Shown: positions 9,857 to 19,275 of the stretch, piece after piece
Layout: each line of letters begins with the position of its first letter
Position numbering within the stretch: position 1 is the first letter of the stretch
Origin: Candidatus Kerfeldbacteria bacterium
GTDB lineage: Bacteria; Patescibacteriota; Patescibacteriia; SBBC01; CAIJZX01
Reading direction: 5' to 3'
NCBI GenBank assembly: GCA_963731735.1
Contig: CAVSWO010000002.1
Span: forward strand, 128,529 to 192,528
DNA length: 64,000 nucleotides
Position numbers and translations under genes: made by a program
The notes under the pieces: generated by a model
The model's input: only the letters and a program-made list of their open reading frames with translations
Database searches by the model: none
What the model was told of the DNA's origin: nothing

Positions 9857-10672
9857 CTAGGGATATAAACCAATACACCCGGTGGCGCTGCTGCCATTGG
9901 CGCAAAAACAACGGGGGGTCGGATCAACCGCGGAACAATCGTTTAGGCCACCCCCGTTCACGTCATCACCCACCCGAATTGGGGTGCCATCCAGTATTCC
10001 GGCATCCAGGGTTGAACCGATGCCATCATTGCCGCTGTACCACACCGGTAATTGGGTGCTGTCGTAAGCGGATTTCACGGTTAACTGGCCATTGACCTGT
10101 AAATCCCCGCCAATTTCAATCGCATCGTTTGAACTCAATGCGTAGCCGGAAGGGTTGATGTTTGAGATATAGAGCGCGGCCGCCGGATTATCAGCCACCA
10201 AACTGACGGTTGGGTTGGTGCTTGAACCGCCGGTCAGCTGGACTCCCCAACTTTTATCAACCGGAAGTAAACGCAGGCCCAGCAGTTCCCAGGTTCCACC
10301 GCCGCCATCAGCCGGCCAAGTGTTCCGACACGCCCCGCCTAAGCAGACACTGCCGGGTACATCCACATTCACCGCAGCGCCCGAACGGCTAAACTTGACC
10401 GAGAGGTTGGCGGCCAAAGACGAGGGGCGCAGATAAATATCCGACGATGATGAGGCGATGTCCTGCCCGGTGGCGCCCAGTTCAAAATAGCTGTCACCCG
10501 TGCCGCCGGGAACAATCGCCACCACCCCTTGATAGGCTGCCGCTCGGGTGGTCGCACCGGGTGACACCGGCGCGGCCATCGCCGAGGTTGCCAACAATCC
10601 GCCCGCCATCAGCAAGGCGATACCGGCGGTCAACCAGTTCATCCATCGAGAATTGTTGCGGACGGTTTGCAT
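9857..10672 (-). CDS. Secreted Cys-loop-motif protein, paralog A of a six-gene tandem family
   Basis: ORF 9857..10795; most likely start at Met42 (10672), 2 nt after paralog B stop. Sec-type signal MNWLTAGIALLMAGGLLATSAMA. Motif VCLGGACRNTWP. Confidence 0.6.
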   Translation of the reverse strand: MQTVRNNSRWMNWLTAGIALLMAGGLLATSAMAAPVSPGATTRAAAYQGVVAIVPGGTGDSYFELGATGQDIASSSSDIYLRPSSLAANLSVKFSRSGAAVNVDVPGSVCLGGACRNTWPADGGGGTWELLGLRLLPVDKSWGVQLTGGSSTNPTVSLVADNPAAALYISNINPSGYALSSNDAIEIGGDLQVNGQLTVKSAYDSTQLPVWYSGNDGIGSTLDAGILDGTPIRVGDDVNGGGLNDCSAVDPTPRCFCANGSSATGCIGLYP

Positions 10673-10674
10673 AG

Positions 10675-11544
10675 TTAAATATGATTCCACATTGGCGCGC
10701 ATTTCTTTCCGATATCGGTGGCTACACACAAGCAGGCCAACGTTTTGTCTCCACCCGGATTTGGTTGGCCAAACGGACCGAGAATGCTGGCGCATGATGC
10801 AGCGGGTTCCAGCGTGACATTCTCAAAGTCGCCAAATGGTGACACGTAGCGGTCGGCATCAAGTCCTGAACCTTCACCTTGGTGCGGCGCAATACCCGCC
10901 GCCGGATATCCCGGATGCCAAACCTCGCTTCCATTCACGTAAATTTTTCTTCCCACTACCGTCTCCCCATCCGAAAATACGTTGCCGTCGGCTTGCATGG
11001 CTTGGGATAATCCGCTAGTGTCCCGATTAATAACCTGTAATCCGTAATACCCCGAACCATGAACATCCAGAGCGGGTCCGTTCTGGACACGCTGGCTTGA
11101 GGTTCCAACGCCGAGCGCGTAGGTAGCCGTATTGGGTTCCAGGTAGCCACTGTTGACCTGCCAATAATTGCCGCCGCCGGCCGTCGGCCAGACATCCCGG
11201 CAATCCTGGCTGCCGCTCCCGTTTAAACAGAGTTTCCCGGTTATCAAGACGTCTTCGGCGCTCCCATTTTTGAAAAAACGGATGCCTCGAGATTCCGGAA
11301 GCTGGGGACGAAAATAGAGGTCGCCGGTTGAGCCAATGTCCCGCCCGTTGTTACCGATCTCCATGGCTTGGCTGCCGTCCAATATCGTCAGGACTCCGCC
11401 ATAGACGCCAAGTTTTGTAAACGGCGCGCTGTTCGGCCCGTTCGTAATTGGCCCGGCCTGGGCTGGCAACATAGTAACCAGCGCGATGACGGCGATCAGG
11501 CCGAGAGCTAACCAGGTGTGAGATGTGAATCGGAGACGCAACAT
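10675..11544 (-). CDS. Secreted Cys-loop-motif protein, paralog B
   Basis: 289 aa; signal MLRLRFTSHTWLALGLIAVIALVTMLPAQA; mature N-terminus GPITNGPNSAPFTKLGVYGGV parallels paralog C; motif LCLNGSGSQDCRDVWP. Confidence 0.65.
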   Translation of the reverse strand: MLRLRFTSHTWLALGLIAVIALVTMLPAQAGPITNGPNSAPFTKLGVYGGVLTILDGSQAMEIGNNGRDIGSTGDLYFRPQLPESRGIRFFKNGSAEDVLITGKLCLNGSGSQDCRDVWPTAGGGNYWQVNSGYLEPNTATYALGVGTSSQRVQNGPALDVHGSGYYGLQVINRDTSGLSQAMQADGNVFSDGETVVGRKIYVNGSEVWHPGYPAAGIAPHQGEGSGLDADRYVSPFGDFENVTLEPAASCASILGPFGQPNPGGDKTLACLCVATDIGKKCAPMWNHI

Positions 11545-11545
11545 A

Positions 11546-13045
11546 CTAGTTAAAATTTTCCGTACAAATATCAGCCCCTTGTCCGGCTACCGAATTATAA
11601 AATGTTTTATCATTCGTTAATCGACAATCACACGAGCACGTAAAATTATTCGTATTCCCATCATACGAGCAAGCGGATTGCCCGCAGCTGCCGGTATTGT
11701 AATGAATAGAGCTGCCGGTAAACGAACAGCTGGGGTCTTGGGTCCCCTGACATTTAAATCTCGCGGAGCATTCGGTATTGCAGCGACTGTTATCGCAACT
11801 TATCGGTAACCCCTGATACAAAACCATATACTGTAATAAATCACCGTACAGGCAAAAATCCGTCCCCGGCGGGCCGCAATCATCATTATAGGTACAGCTG
11901 GTGCTGTTATTATTTGCACAATGACCTTGGCCAACATCAACACCAGGTTCGGGATCTTTGGCACATATTTGGGCCTGCGCCGAACAGAGTTGGGAACAAG
12001 TCCCGCCGGGACAGTCCCCTGCGCTGGAACAAGTTCCGCCGGGACAGTCCCCTGCGCTGGAACAAGTTCCGCCGGCATTGCTGCCCCCCACACAAAGTTG
12101 GGAACAAGTTCCGCCGGCATTGCTGCCCCCCACACAAAGTTGATTGTCGGGGGTGTGCAGACAAAGGTATTCAAGATTTGATCCGGTGTTAGTTTCAATA
12201 TCTTTCCAGAATAAATCGTGATAATTTCCGGCCGCGTGGCTGGCTTTGGTGAAGGGTAAATTCGTCGTTCCATCAAACGTGTCGGCATCGACGCCTCCAT
12301 AATTATCATTTTCTGCATTCCAGGGGACCACCGCATAGGTATAGCCGTAGGAATACAAGGTTGGATAGCGAACCTGGTAATTCCCGTTCACTAGGGTGCT
12401 GCCGCCGACGTAATTGCCGCTGCCGGGATCATACCCGGTGGTAATGCGCTTGGTTACTTGGACGGCCGAGCCGGCATAATTGGCGTAGATTTCTCCGGCT
12501 TGGCCGCTGGAGGACGGGATCGGGTTGGTAAATGTACCAATCCGGATGCCGTTATTCCCGTCGGTCGGCTGCAAGTTCGACGGAGAGCCGGCAACTTGCC
12601 AATTCGGGTCGCTAGCACCGCCAGCTGACCAGGCGCTCCGGCAATTTGATAATGTTCCTAAACAAATTTGGCCGCTCGGGATACTGAAATTCGCTTTGCC
12701 GGACCCGCTGTCTTTGTAGATGTAGGCAATGTTATTCGGAAAGGTGTCCGAGGGACTCGTATACGTTGGCTGCATTGCTCCCGGGCGCAGGAAAATATCT
12801 CCGGTTGAAGCAATCTCTCGTCCGGCGTTTCCGAACTCCATCACGCTGTCCGTCGCACCGCCGGGAATGATCGTGATTACACCTTGGTAGACGCCGATCT
12901 TAGTGAAGGGCTCACCATACTGATTGGTTAACGGTCCGGCCTGGGCGGTTCGGGTAATCAATCCTGCCACGATGACAACCAGTCCAGCCACTGTCACAAT
13001 GCTTGGCCAACTCCGGTATGAAAATATGGTGCGTTTCCGGGGCAT
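11546..13045 (-). CDS. Secreted Cys-loop-motif protein, paralog C, containing in-frame tandem repeats
   Basis: ORF 11546..13111; probable start at internal Met (13045), giving signal MPRKRTIFSYRSWPSIVTVAGLVVIVAGLITRTAQA. Mature GPLTNQYGEPFTKIGVYQGV; motif ICLGTLSNCRSAWS; C-terminal Cys-rich region. Confidence 0.65.
   Translation of the reverse strand: MPRKRTIFSYRSWPSIVTVAGLVVIVAGLITRTAQAGPLTNQYGEPFTKIGVYQGVITIIPGGATDSVMEFGNAGREIASTGDIFLRPGAMQPTYTSPSDTFPNNIAYIYKDSGSGKANFSIPSGQICLGTLSNCRSAWSAGGASDPNWQVAGSPSNLQPTDGNNGIRIGTFTNPIPSSSGQAGEIYANYAGSAVQVTKRITTGYDPGSGNYVGGSTLVNGNYQVRYPTLYSYGYTYAVVPWNAENDNYGGVDADTFDGTTNLPFTKASHAAGNYHDLFWKDIETNTGSNLEYLCLHTPDNQLCVGGSNAGGTCSQLCVGGSNAGGTCSSAGDCPGGTCSSAGDCPGGTCSQLCSAQAQICAKDPEPGVDVGQGHCANNNSTSCTYNDDCGPPGTDFCLYGDLLQYMVLYQGLPISCDNSRCNTECSARFKCQGTQDPSCSFTGSSIHYNTGSCGQSACSYDGNTNNFTCSCDCRLTNDKTFYNSVAGQGADICTENFN
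11993..12142. repeat. In-frame tandem direct repeats inside paralog C: 2 x 33 nt (11993-12025, 12026-12058; 1 mismatch) followed by 2 x 42 nt (12059-12100, 12101-12142; identical)
   Basis: Read directly in the sequence. Units begin ggaacaagt(c/t)ccgccgg...; they encode SAGDCPGGTCS x2 and QLCVGGSNAGGTCS x2 on the minus strand. Confidence 0.9.
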
Positions 13046-13046
13046 G

Positions 13047-13934
13047 CTATTGGCAATCAAAACTAAATTGATCTTCCTGAATTTCCGGCCAACAGAGTCC
13101 GTCGTTATCATAAATTGGGCTAATGGAAACTTTCATAGGTCCGCCCGCTACGACTGATTCAAATTGCCAGGCCGCATTGGCTACGCCGTTCCCCGTCCCG
13201 GTCCAGGCGAGCCCGCCTTCAACCGGTAATCCTCCGACTGCAATCGGTTGGATCAACGGCGGATTGGCAGTTTGGACTTTGACGTACGGGTCAACCGTAA
13301 TTGATCCAAGATCGCTCCAAGCGGAAATACATTGCCCGCTCGGACTCTCGCCCGCGCCTTTACCGCGTTTTGTAATACCGTTCAAGCAGAGTAAACCAGG
13401 ATTGGAATTCTTATCTTGTTCAACGCTCAAGATGCCAGAAAAACGCGCCGCGAAAGCCCCGCGGTCGAGGTCATCGGTCGCGAAGATGCCCACTTGTGTA
13501 CCGAGTACTCCGATAGCCGGATCGGCAATCACCGTTGCAGCCGGCGTACCGCCTGAACCTTGGAGTGCCGCGTACCCGGTTTGTCGATAGGGTGTATAGG
13601 AATCTATGAGTGATGGATCGTCAACGAGTTGATCAGGATTAACCTTGACCAAGGCACCGCCGACACTGCCACCTAAGTCGCTCCAGGCGGTGATACAGTT
13701 GCCGTTTGGATCCGAACCGTTCAGACACAGCGCGGCTTGATTGACCGTGTCACCGATTACCAAAGAACCAAGCTTAACTTGTGTGTTGCTTGAGGTATCG
13801 AGAAAGGTTGCGCTCCGTCCGCCCGGCGGTGTTGAACTGGGTTCCACGTAGATCGCAATCGCCGGCGCGGCAATCGCCAAACCCAAAATGATCAAGATCG
13901 CCAGGCTGGTGGATGGTACACGCAAGGTCAACAT
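13047..13934 (-). CDS. Secreted Cys-loop-motif protein, paralog D (two motif copies)
   Basis: 295 aa; signal MLTLRVPSTSLAILIILGLAIAAPAIA; mature IYVEPSSTPPGG; motifs ALCLNGSDPNGNCITAWSDLG and LLCLNGITKRGKGAGESPSGQCISAWSDLG. Confidence 0.65.
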   Translation of the reverse strand: MLTLRVPSTSLAILIILGLAIAAPAIAIYVEPSSTPPGGRSATFLDTSSNTQVKLGSLVIGDTVNQAALCLNGSDPNGNCITAWSDLGGSVGGALVKVNPDQLVDDPSLIDSYTPYRQTGYAALQGSGGTPAATVIADPAIGVLGTQVGIFATDDLDRGAFAARFSGILSVEQDKNSNPGLLCLNGITKRGKGAGESPSGQCISAWSDLGSITVDPYVKVQTANPPLIQPIAVGGLPVEGGLAWTGTGNGVANAAWQFESVVAGGPMKVSISPIYDNDGLCWPEIQEDQFSFDCQ

Positions 13935-13935
13935 A

Positions 13936-15594
13936 TTATGGAGTTAAGGTTCCGCCCCCTCCGCCGCCTGAGGAGAACGTGGCGGTCACTGATTTATCAC
14001 CGTTCATGAGTATACTACAGCTCTGACCCGAGCAGGCGCCGCTCCAGCCGGTAAATGTATAGCTGGGGAGAACAATTGTATCTAACGTTTCCGTAATCCC
14101 ATACTCATACACGACTTGCGTGCTGGTACATGACGTGCTGCAGACAAAGCTGTTATTGTTGCCCAGGACACCGCCGGCACTGGTCGGGCCGGACTTGGTT
14201 ACATTCAGGTGCACCACCTTGATGGAATCGGTGGCGGCGTTCGAGTAGCGGGGGAAATGGTTACCTTGGTAGGCGCGATAATAATAGGTTGTACCGGATA
14301 CCACGTTGCTGTCGCCGGAGATACTGACCGATGATCCGCCGTTAACGCTGCCGGCGTAGATGATTGTGCTGCCGCCGACCGTCATGCCGGTGTAATACAG
14401 CCGACCATTCTGCGGCTCGAATGGATCGCTGGCATCGGTACTGCGGGTTACCAGGAGTTGAACGGTCCCGCTCGGGCTCTGCGAACCGGTCGTGATGGAG
14501 AATTTTACTTCATTCTCTAAGGTATAGAGTGAAAGCGTCGGCTGACCGACGGTCGCACAATCAATCGGGCAGTTCCCCTCCGAGGCGCAAAAGCCGTCGC
14601 CGCAGGTACACGGCGCCGAGCCGCAGGATGGTGTGGTGGAAAACCCATACGGATCACCGGCCAGAATCGAACCAACCGATCCGACGCCGTTGCTTGAATC
14701 GGTAACCGTTGAGGCAGTCAAGGATACACCGCCGTATTGTTTCGAGGCGGTGCCATAACTAAACGGCGCGCCGGCCGTAGATTTGCGTAAACGCACATAG
14801 ATAGTGCCTGAGCCGGTTAAATCCTCCCAGGCTGAAATACAACTTGATCCCCCGGTTCCGTTTAGGCACAACTGCCCCGAAGAATATCCGTTATACGGAT
14901 AGGTGTTGCCGGAAATCAGGAGGTTCCCGGCAAATCGGCCGGCCACATTATTGGCATTGCCGCCGTTGGTCGCGTAGATTCCATACAGATTAGACTGCTC
15001 GCCGGGTGACCCGGAATTCGGGGCGGTACAGTCAGAACTTCCGGTACAGGATGATTGTTGATCCCCCGAACAAAAACATGATTCTTGGGTTGACTGGCTT
15101 CCGCAAGGAACCTCATTAGCGCTCGGGTCCAGTTCAACGCACTGGTGCGGCGCCGCAATCACGGCTGAATAATTTTGCTGATCACCGGTTGAGGTAACGC
15201 GCGCGAAGCCGGCCTGGGTATCATAATTGCCATAGCTATTCGGGTTACTGCTGGGTGCGGCTTTATTCAGACGCACGAATTGTCCGCCCAAGGCCGAATC
15301 AATTTGATCCCAGCTACTGATACAGTTTGTCGAATCTCCGGTCCCAACGCCGGCTGTCGGATTTAAACATAAAACGTTACTGCCGCTGCCAATGGTCAGG
15401 TCGCCGGCTTTTTTTTGCGCGCTATCCGAAGCGTTCAAAGGTGGCGCGATTTGACCGTCGGGCGGGTTGTCGGGACGTGGAATATACGAATAGGCGGGTT
15501 GGGTGACCCAAAAGATGCCGCCAAACAACGCGACCAAGAGCACGAAAATACTGGGTAAACGTAGTCGGGTCATGGGCTGCAATCGCTCGGACAC
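13936..15594 (-). CDS. Secreted Cys-loop-motif protein, paralog E (552 aa, two motif copies)
   Basis: Signal MTRLRLPSIFVLLVALFGGIFWV; mature AYSYIPRPDNPPDG; motifs VLCLNPTAGVGTGDSTNCISSWDQ and QLCLNGTGGSSCISAWEDL. Confidence 0.65.
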   Translation of the reverse strand: MSERLQPMTRLRLPSIFVLLVALFGGIFWVTQPAYSYIPRPDNPPDGQIAPPLNASDSAQKKAGDLTIGSGSNVLCLNPTAGVGTGDSTNCISSWDQIDSALGGQFVRLNKAAPSSNPNSYGNYDTQAGFARVTSTGDQQNYSAVIAAPHQCVELDPSANEVPCGSQSTQESCFCSGDQQSSCTGSSDCTAPNSGSPGEQSNLYGIYATNGGNANNVAGRFAGNLLISGNTYPYNGYSSGQLCLNGTGGSSCISAWEDLTGSGTIYVRLRKSTAGAPFSYGTASKQYGGVSLTASTVTDSSNGVGSVGSILAGDPYGFSTTPSCGSAPCTCGDGFCASEGNCPIDCATVGQPTLSLYTLENEVKFSITTGSQSPSGTVQLLVTRSTDASDPFEPQNGRLYYTGMTVGGSTIIYAGSVNGGSSVSISGDSNVVSGTTYYYRAYQGNHFPRYSNAATDSIKVVHLNVTKSGPTSAGGVLGNNNSFVCSTSCTSTQVVYEYGITETLDTIVLPSYTFTGWSGACSGQSCSILMNGDKSVTATFSSGGGGGGTLTP

Positions 15595-16490
15595 TGCGTC
15601 TGTTCGTTATTTTCCGGTGAACAAATTCCGTCTCCGCATGTGTATGAAGCTGGGGTGCTGGCCGCCGGGTGGCCGGCTACCAGGGAACCCACAATAATTG
15701 GGCCGTTGATCCCGATGTTACCATCCTGCGGGGTATAGACCTGCCCTGACTGCAGCTCTAAGACATCATTCGGAACGCCGCCCACGACCTCGGCCCAACT
15801 TTGTTTACAGTCATCATTCAAACAAATAGACGTTTGCCCGCTTTCCGGCAGGATGACAGTTTTACCGGCCAATTGGCCAGCATAATATGAAGAGGTGGAG
15901 CTAGCGGCTTGGATGCCGGTTGAATTATCGATGCTGTTGGCCTGGGCCAGCAGTGAAATAAACTGGAATTTAGGCGAGTTACCGTCCGCCTGGAAGGTAA
16001 TAAAGCCGGAGTCGGCGGTGGCGCCGGCTTGTTGACTCGAATTATAAAGGTGTAAATAGTTACCGCTGGCTTGCGACGCGATATCGCTCCAGGAAGAAAT
16101 GCAATTGGTTGGATCGGTCGTCCAGAGATTCGCATCGGCATTCAAACACAGCCGCGCACAGTTGCCGTTTTCACTCGTCGTGCAATGAGCTAGCTGGCCG
16201 CCCCTTTCACCGAGAATAAGCGAACCGGCCTTCGTTTGGGCGGTAGTTGATCCATTTAAAAATTCTAGGGTGCTGCCACCCGTCGGAACGCCGTCTGGGG
16301 GTGGTCCATTTGGTTCAACGTAAGCTTGCGCACCGGCCACCAGCGGGAAGATAAGCGCCCCGGCCAACAATACGGCGGCCAGGGAAAAACGGGAACGGGA
16401 TTGGATTCGATGTTTCTTTTTAGGCGTTTTCACGACAAGCAATCTACAAAACGACCGCTTGAGTATACCAAATTTCGCTTGCCAATGCAA
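15570..16490 (-). CDS. Secreted Cys-loop-motif protein, paralog F (first gene of the operon; exact start uncertain)
   Basis: 306 aa ORF; signal-like SRSRFSLAAVLLAGALIFPLVAGAQA; mature AYVEPNGPPPDG; motifs ARLCLNADANLWTTDPTNCISSWSDI and SICLNDDCKQSW. Confidence 0.6.
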   Translation of the reverse strand: MHWQAKFGILKRSFCRLLVVKTPKKKHRIQSRSRFSLAAVLLAGALIFPLVAGAQAYVEPNGPPPDGVPTGGSTLEFLNGSTTAQTKAGSLILGERGGQLAHCTTSENGNCARLCLNADANLWTTDPTNCISSWSDIASQASGNYLHLYNSSQQAGATADSGFITFQADGNSPKFQFISLLAQANSIDNSTGIQAASSTSSYYAGQLAGKTVILPESGQTSICLNDDCKQSWAEVVGGVPNDVLELQSGQVYTPQDGNIGINGPIIVGSLVAGHPAASTPASYTCGDGICSPENNEQTQCPSDCSP

Positions 16491-16560
16491 CTCCTCGTAA
16501 TTCCGAAGATCGTCACAATTTCACCATAGCCAGAATCGCCGGAATTGCCTATACTAACGG

Positions 16561-17025
16561 ATGCTCCGTATGGAAAACCCCCTGTTTCCCGATCAACACC
16601 AAAAAGACGTCCGTCGCGTCGCGGCCTATAGCCTAGTGGTTGCAATCGGACTGATGATTGGCGTTGGTTTGTATTTGCATTTTCAGACTCCCGCCGTCGT
16701 TCCAACCCCCGCCCCCAAGACGCCGGTGGCCGCTACACCCAGCTATTTTACCGACTTTTACGGCTTAATCCGCCAAGTCACAGATACCGGGCTGGTTTTA
16801 GAGGCCACCATCGTCCAACCCTCCGGACAACGCGTAGCCAAGCAGTATACCGTCCTGGTGAATGATAAAACCGCGGTCCAACAACTCTCCACCGACGGTC
16901 AAGCTACCGATTTACCGCTGCATGATCTGCAGGTAGGAGAATTAGTCCAGGCGTTTGGCACTGAAAATTTGGGTCCGATCGATCATTTCGCCGCAACCCG
17001 AATTATTTTAGTTAAAAATTCTTAA
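16561..17025 (+). CDS. Hypothetical membrane-anchored protein
   Basis: 154 aa; one N-terminal TM (VAAYSLVVAIGLMIGVGLYL), Pro/Thr-rich linker; divergent from the pilus operon. Confidence 0.5.
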   Translation: MLRMENPLFPDQHQKDVRRVAAYSLVVAIGLMIGVGLYLHFQTPAVVPTPAPKTPVAATPSYFTDFYGLIRQVTDTGLVLEATIVQPSGQRVAKQYTVLVNDKTAVQQLSTDGQATDLPLHDLQVGELVQAFGTENLGPIDHFAATRIILVKNS

Positions 17026-17043
17026 TCACGAAGGGAACGACTT

Positions 17044-17601
17044 ATGAGCATACTTACTTGGGTGATTGTCGGGGTTATTGCCTTGGCCTTGCTGTGGCTG
17101 ATGGGCGCGTACAATGGCCTAGTCCGGCTCCGCAATCAAACCGATGAGGCCTGGTCGGATATTGACGTCCAGCTTAAACGACGCTTTGACCTGATCCCCA
17201 ACCTGGTTGAAACCGTCAAAGGCTACGCCAGTCACGAAAAAGAAGTCTTTGAAAAAGTTACCGAGGCTCGAGCGGCCGCGATGAATGCCCAAGGACCGGA
17301 AGCCAAGGGGCAGGCCGATAATATGTTGAGCGGCGCCTTAAAGTCCCTGTTCGCCGTGGCTGAAGCCTATCCGCAATTAAAAGCCAACGAAAACTTCGCC
17401 AAGCTCCAGGATGAATTGTCTGACACGGAGAATAAAATCCAGGCTGCCCGCCGCTTTTACAACGGCAATGTCCGGGATTTCAACACCCGAATGCAACAAT
17501 TCCCGACCAACTTGATCGCCAGTTCGTTTGGCTTCAGCCGACGAGAGTTCTTCGCCCTCGATAACGAAGCGGCTAAGGAACCGGTGGCGGTAAAATTCTA
17601 G
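17044..17601 (+). CDS. lemA: LemA family protein
   Basis: 185 aa; N-terminal TM and a LemA-typical sequence (NGLVRLRNQTDEAWSDIDVQLKRRFDLIPNLVETVKGYASHEKEVFE...). Confidence 0.8.
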   Translation: MSILTWVIVGVIALALLWLMGAYNGLVRLRNQTDEAWSDIDVQLKRRFDLIPNLVETVKGYASHEKEVFEKVTEARAAAMNAQGPEAKGQADNMLSGALKSLFAVAEAYPQLKANENFAKLQDELSDTENKIQAARRFYNGNVRDFNTRMQQFPTNLIASSFGFSRREFFALDNEAAKEPVAVKF

Positions 17602-17603
17602 CT

Positions 17604-18260
17604 ATGGCGGCATCCGGTCTCCCCGCTTTTGCGGAATTGTTTGAGACGAGCTGGAAACGCTACCAACGGGAATTCCAAACGCTGGTCACCATTGCCCTGA
17701 TCGCCAATGCGGGCACAATTATTTTTGCCTTGGCCCGGACATCCGTTATGTTGACCGGCCTGCTTGGTTTGGCCAGTCTGGTCCTGTCAATTTGGGGTAT
17801 CTTTGCGCTCTATGCCTATGTGATGCTGCCGAATGTCAAAACGGTTGGACAGGCCTACCGCAGCGTCCAAAGTTTTTTTCTGGATGGGATCGTGACCGGA
17901 TTGGTGTATGGGTTGCTGGTGGTGGCCGGATTGATCCTACTGATTGGGCCCGGTATTTATTGGGGAGTGCTGTATGGCTTCGCCGTTTATGTAGTGATCA
18001 AAGAACGTTTACCGCTGGGACAGGCGCTGAGCCGCTCGAAAGCCCTGGTGACCGGTCGCTGGTGGAATATCTTTTGGAAGGTCGCGGTCATTTTGATTTT
18101 TACCGCCGCCGTCCAAAGCTTGCCGGGCATTGGTTTTCCGGCCACCTCGCAACTGGGTAATTTGATTGACGCGGTGATGTCGGCCTTGGTCACGCCTTTG
18201 ACGGTCATCTTTATTGCCAATCTCTACCAGGCGCTAGCGGCCGATCGTCCCGCGAAGTAA
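17604..18260 (+). CDS. Hypothetical polytopic membrane protein
   Basis: 218 aa; 5-6 hydrophobic helices; sits between lemA and htpX. Confidence 0.5.
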   Translation: MAASGLPAFAELFETSWKRYQREFQTLVTIALIANAGTIIFALARTSVMLTGLLGLASLVLSIWGIFALYAYVMLPNVKTVGQAYRSVQSFFLDGIVTGLVYGLLVVAGLILLIGPGIYWGVLYGFAVYVVIKERLPLGQALSRSKALVTGRWWNIFWKVAVILIFTAAVQSLPGIGFPATSQLGNLIDAVMSALVTPLTVIFIANLYQALAADRPAK

Positions 18261-18263
18261 TCC

Positions 18264-19178
18264 ATGGCCACCACCTACCAAGCAATTGCGTCGAATAAGC
18301 GGCGTTCGTTATTCCTGATTCTGGTTTTTATTGTGATCATCGGACTGGCCGGTTGGGCGTTCAGCCAGTGGCTGGATGTGGGGAATATCGGTATCGTTTT
18401 CGCCGTGCTGCTGGCCGTCGGCATGTCCCTGGGCGGCTACTATGGCGGTGACAAGGTAGCCTTAGCCGCCTCTGGCGCGCGCGGACCGATCACCCAGGAT
18501 GATAATCCCTATCTTTATCGATTGGTTGAGAATCTCTGCATCGCCAACGGCCAACCGCTCCCAAAAATCTACCTGATGGAAGACCCGGCGATTAACGCTT
18601 TTGCCACCGGTCGAGATCCGCAGCGGGCGTCGATCGCGGTCACCACCGGGGCGATTGAAAAACTCGAAAACGAGGAGCTTGAAGGTGTCTTAGCGCATGA
18701 GCTGAGCCATATCAAAAATTTTGACATACGGTTTATGACGCTGGTAACGGTCTTGGCCGGGGTCTTGATACTGTTGGCTGATTTCTTCTGGCGGGCACAG
18801 TGGTTCGGCGGTCGACGCAGCGGCAACCGTTCGAATAACCAGGCCCAGGGGATTTTGATGATCATCGGGTTAGTTCTGCTGATTTTGGCGCCGATCATTG
18901 GACGCTTGATTCAGTTTGCGGTCTCGCGTCGTCGAGAATTTTTGGCCGACGCTTCGGGGGCATTACTGACGCGCTATCCGGAAGGCCTGGCTTCGGCCTT
19001 ACAAAAAATTGAAACTGGCAATCGCCAGCCAATGGCGCATGCGTCAAATGCCACCGCTCATTTATTTTTCAGTAATCCATTTGGTCCCGTCACCAAGGGC
19101 TTGTCGCGATTATTTATGACGCACCCGCCAATTCCGGAACGGGTGGCCGCCTTGCGGGCAATGGGCAACATTCGGTAA
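18264..19178 (+). CDS. htpX: Zinc metalloprotease HtpX (peptidase M48)
   Basis: 304 aa; HELSHIKNFD (HExxH) motif, multiple TM helices, M48-type C-terminal region. Confidence 0.8.
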   Translation: MATTYQAIASNKRRSLFLILVFIVIIGLAGWAFSQWLDVGNIGIVFAVLLAVGMSLGGYYGGDKVALAASGARGPITQDDNPYLYRLVENLCIANGQPLPKIYLMEDPAINAFATGRDPQRASIAVTTGAIEKLENEELEGVLAHELSHIKNFDIRFMTLVTVLAGVLILLADFFWRAQWFGGRRSGNRSNNQAQGILMIIGLVLLILAPIIGRLIQFAVSRRREFLADASGALLTRYPEGLASALQKIETGNRQPMAHASNATAHLFFSNPFGPVTKGLSRLFMTHPPIPERVAALRAMGNIR

Positions 19179-19275
19179 CAACAGCCCCTGTATCACAAAA
19201 TTATAAGCCGAGACAAATTGGCAAAAGCCCTGATCCGTGTAACCGAGTCGTGTGATTTGTCCTTCCTCGGCAGGG

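Noticed and set aside
11914-12192. Four overlapping ORFs (11914..12192, 11921..12181, 11937..12164, 11958..12143) with repetitive translations
   Set aside because: Artefacts of the in-frame tandem repeats in paralog C, which keep several frames open; the real coding frame is the minus-strand 521-aa ORF.
16491-16560. Possible divergent promoter (TATACT-like -10 near 16548) between the pilus operon and the 16561 gene
   Set aside because: No convincing -35 at proper spacing; too weak to report as a feature.
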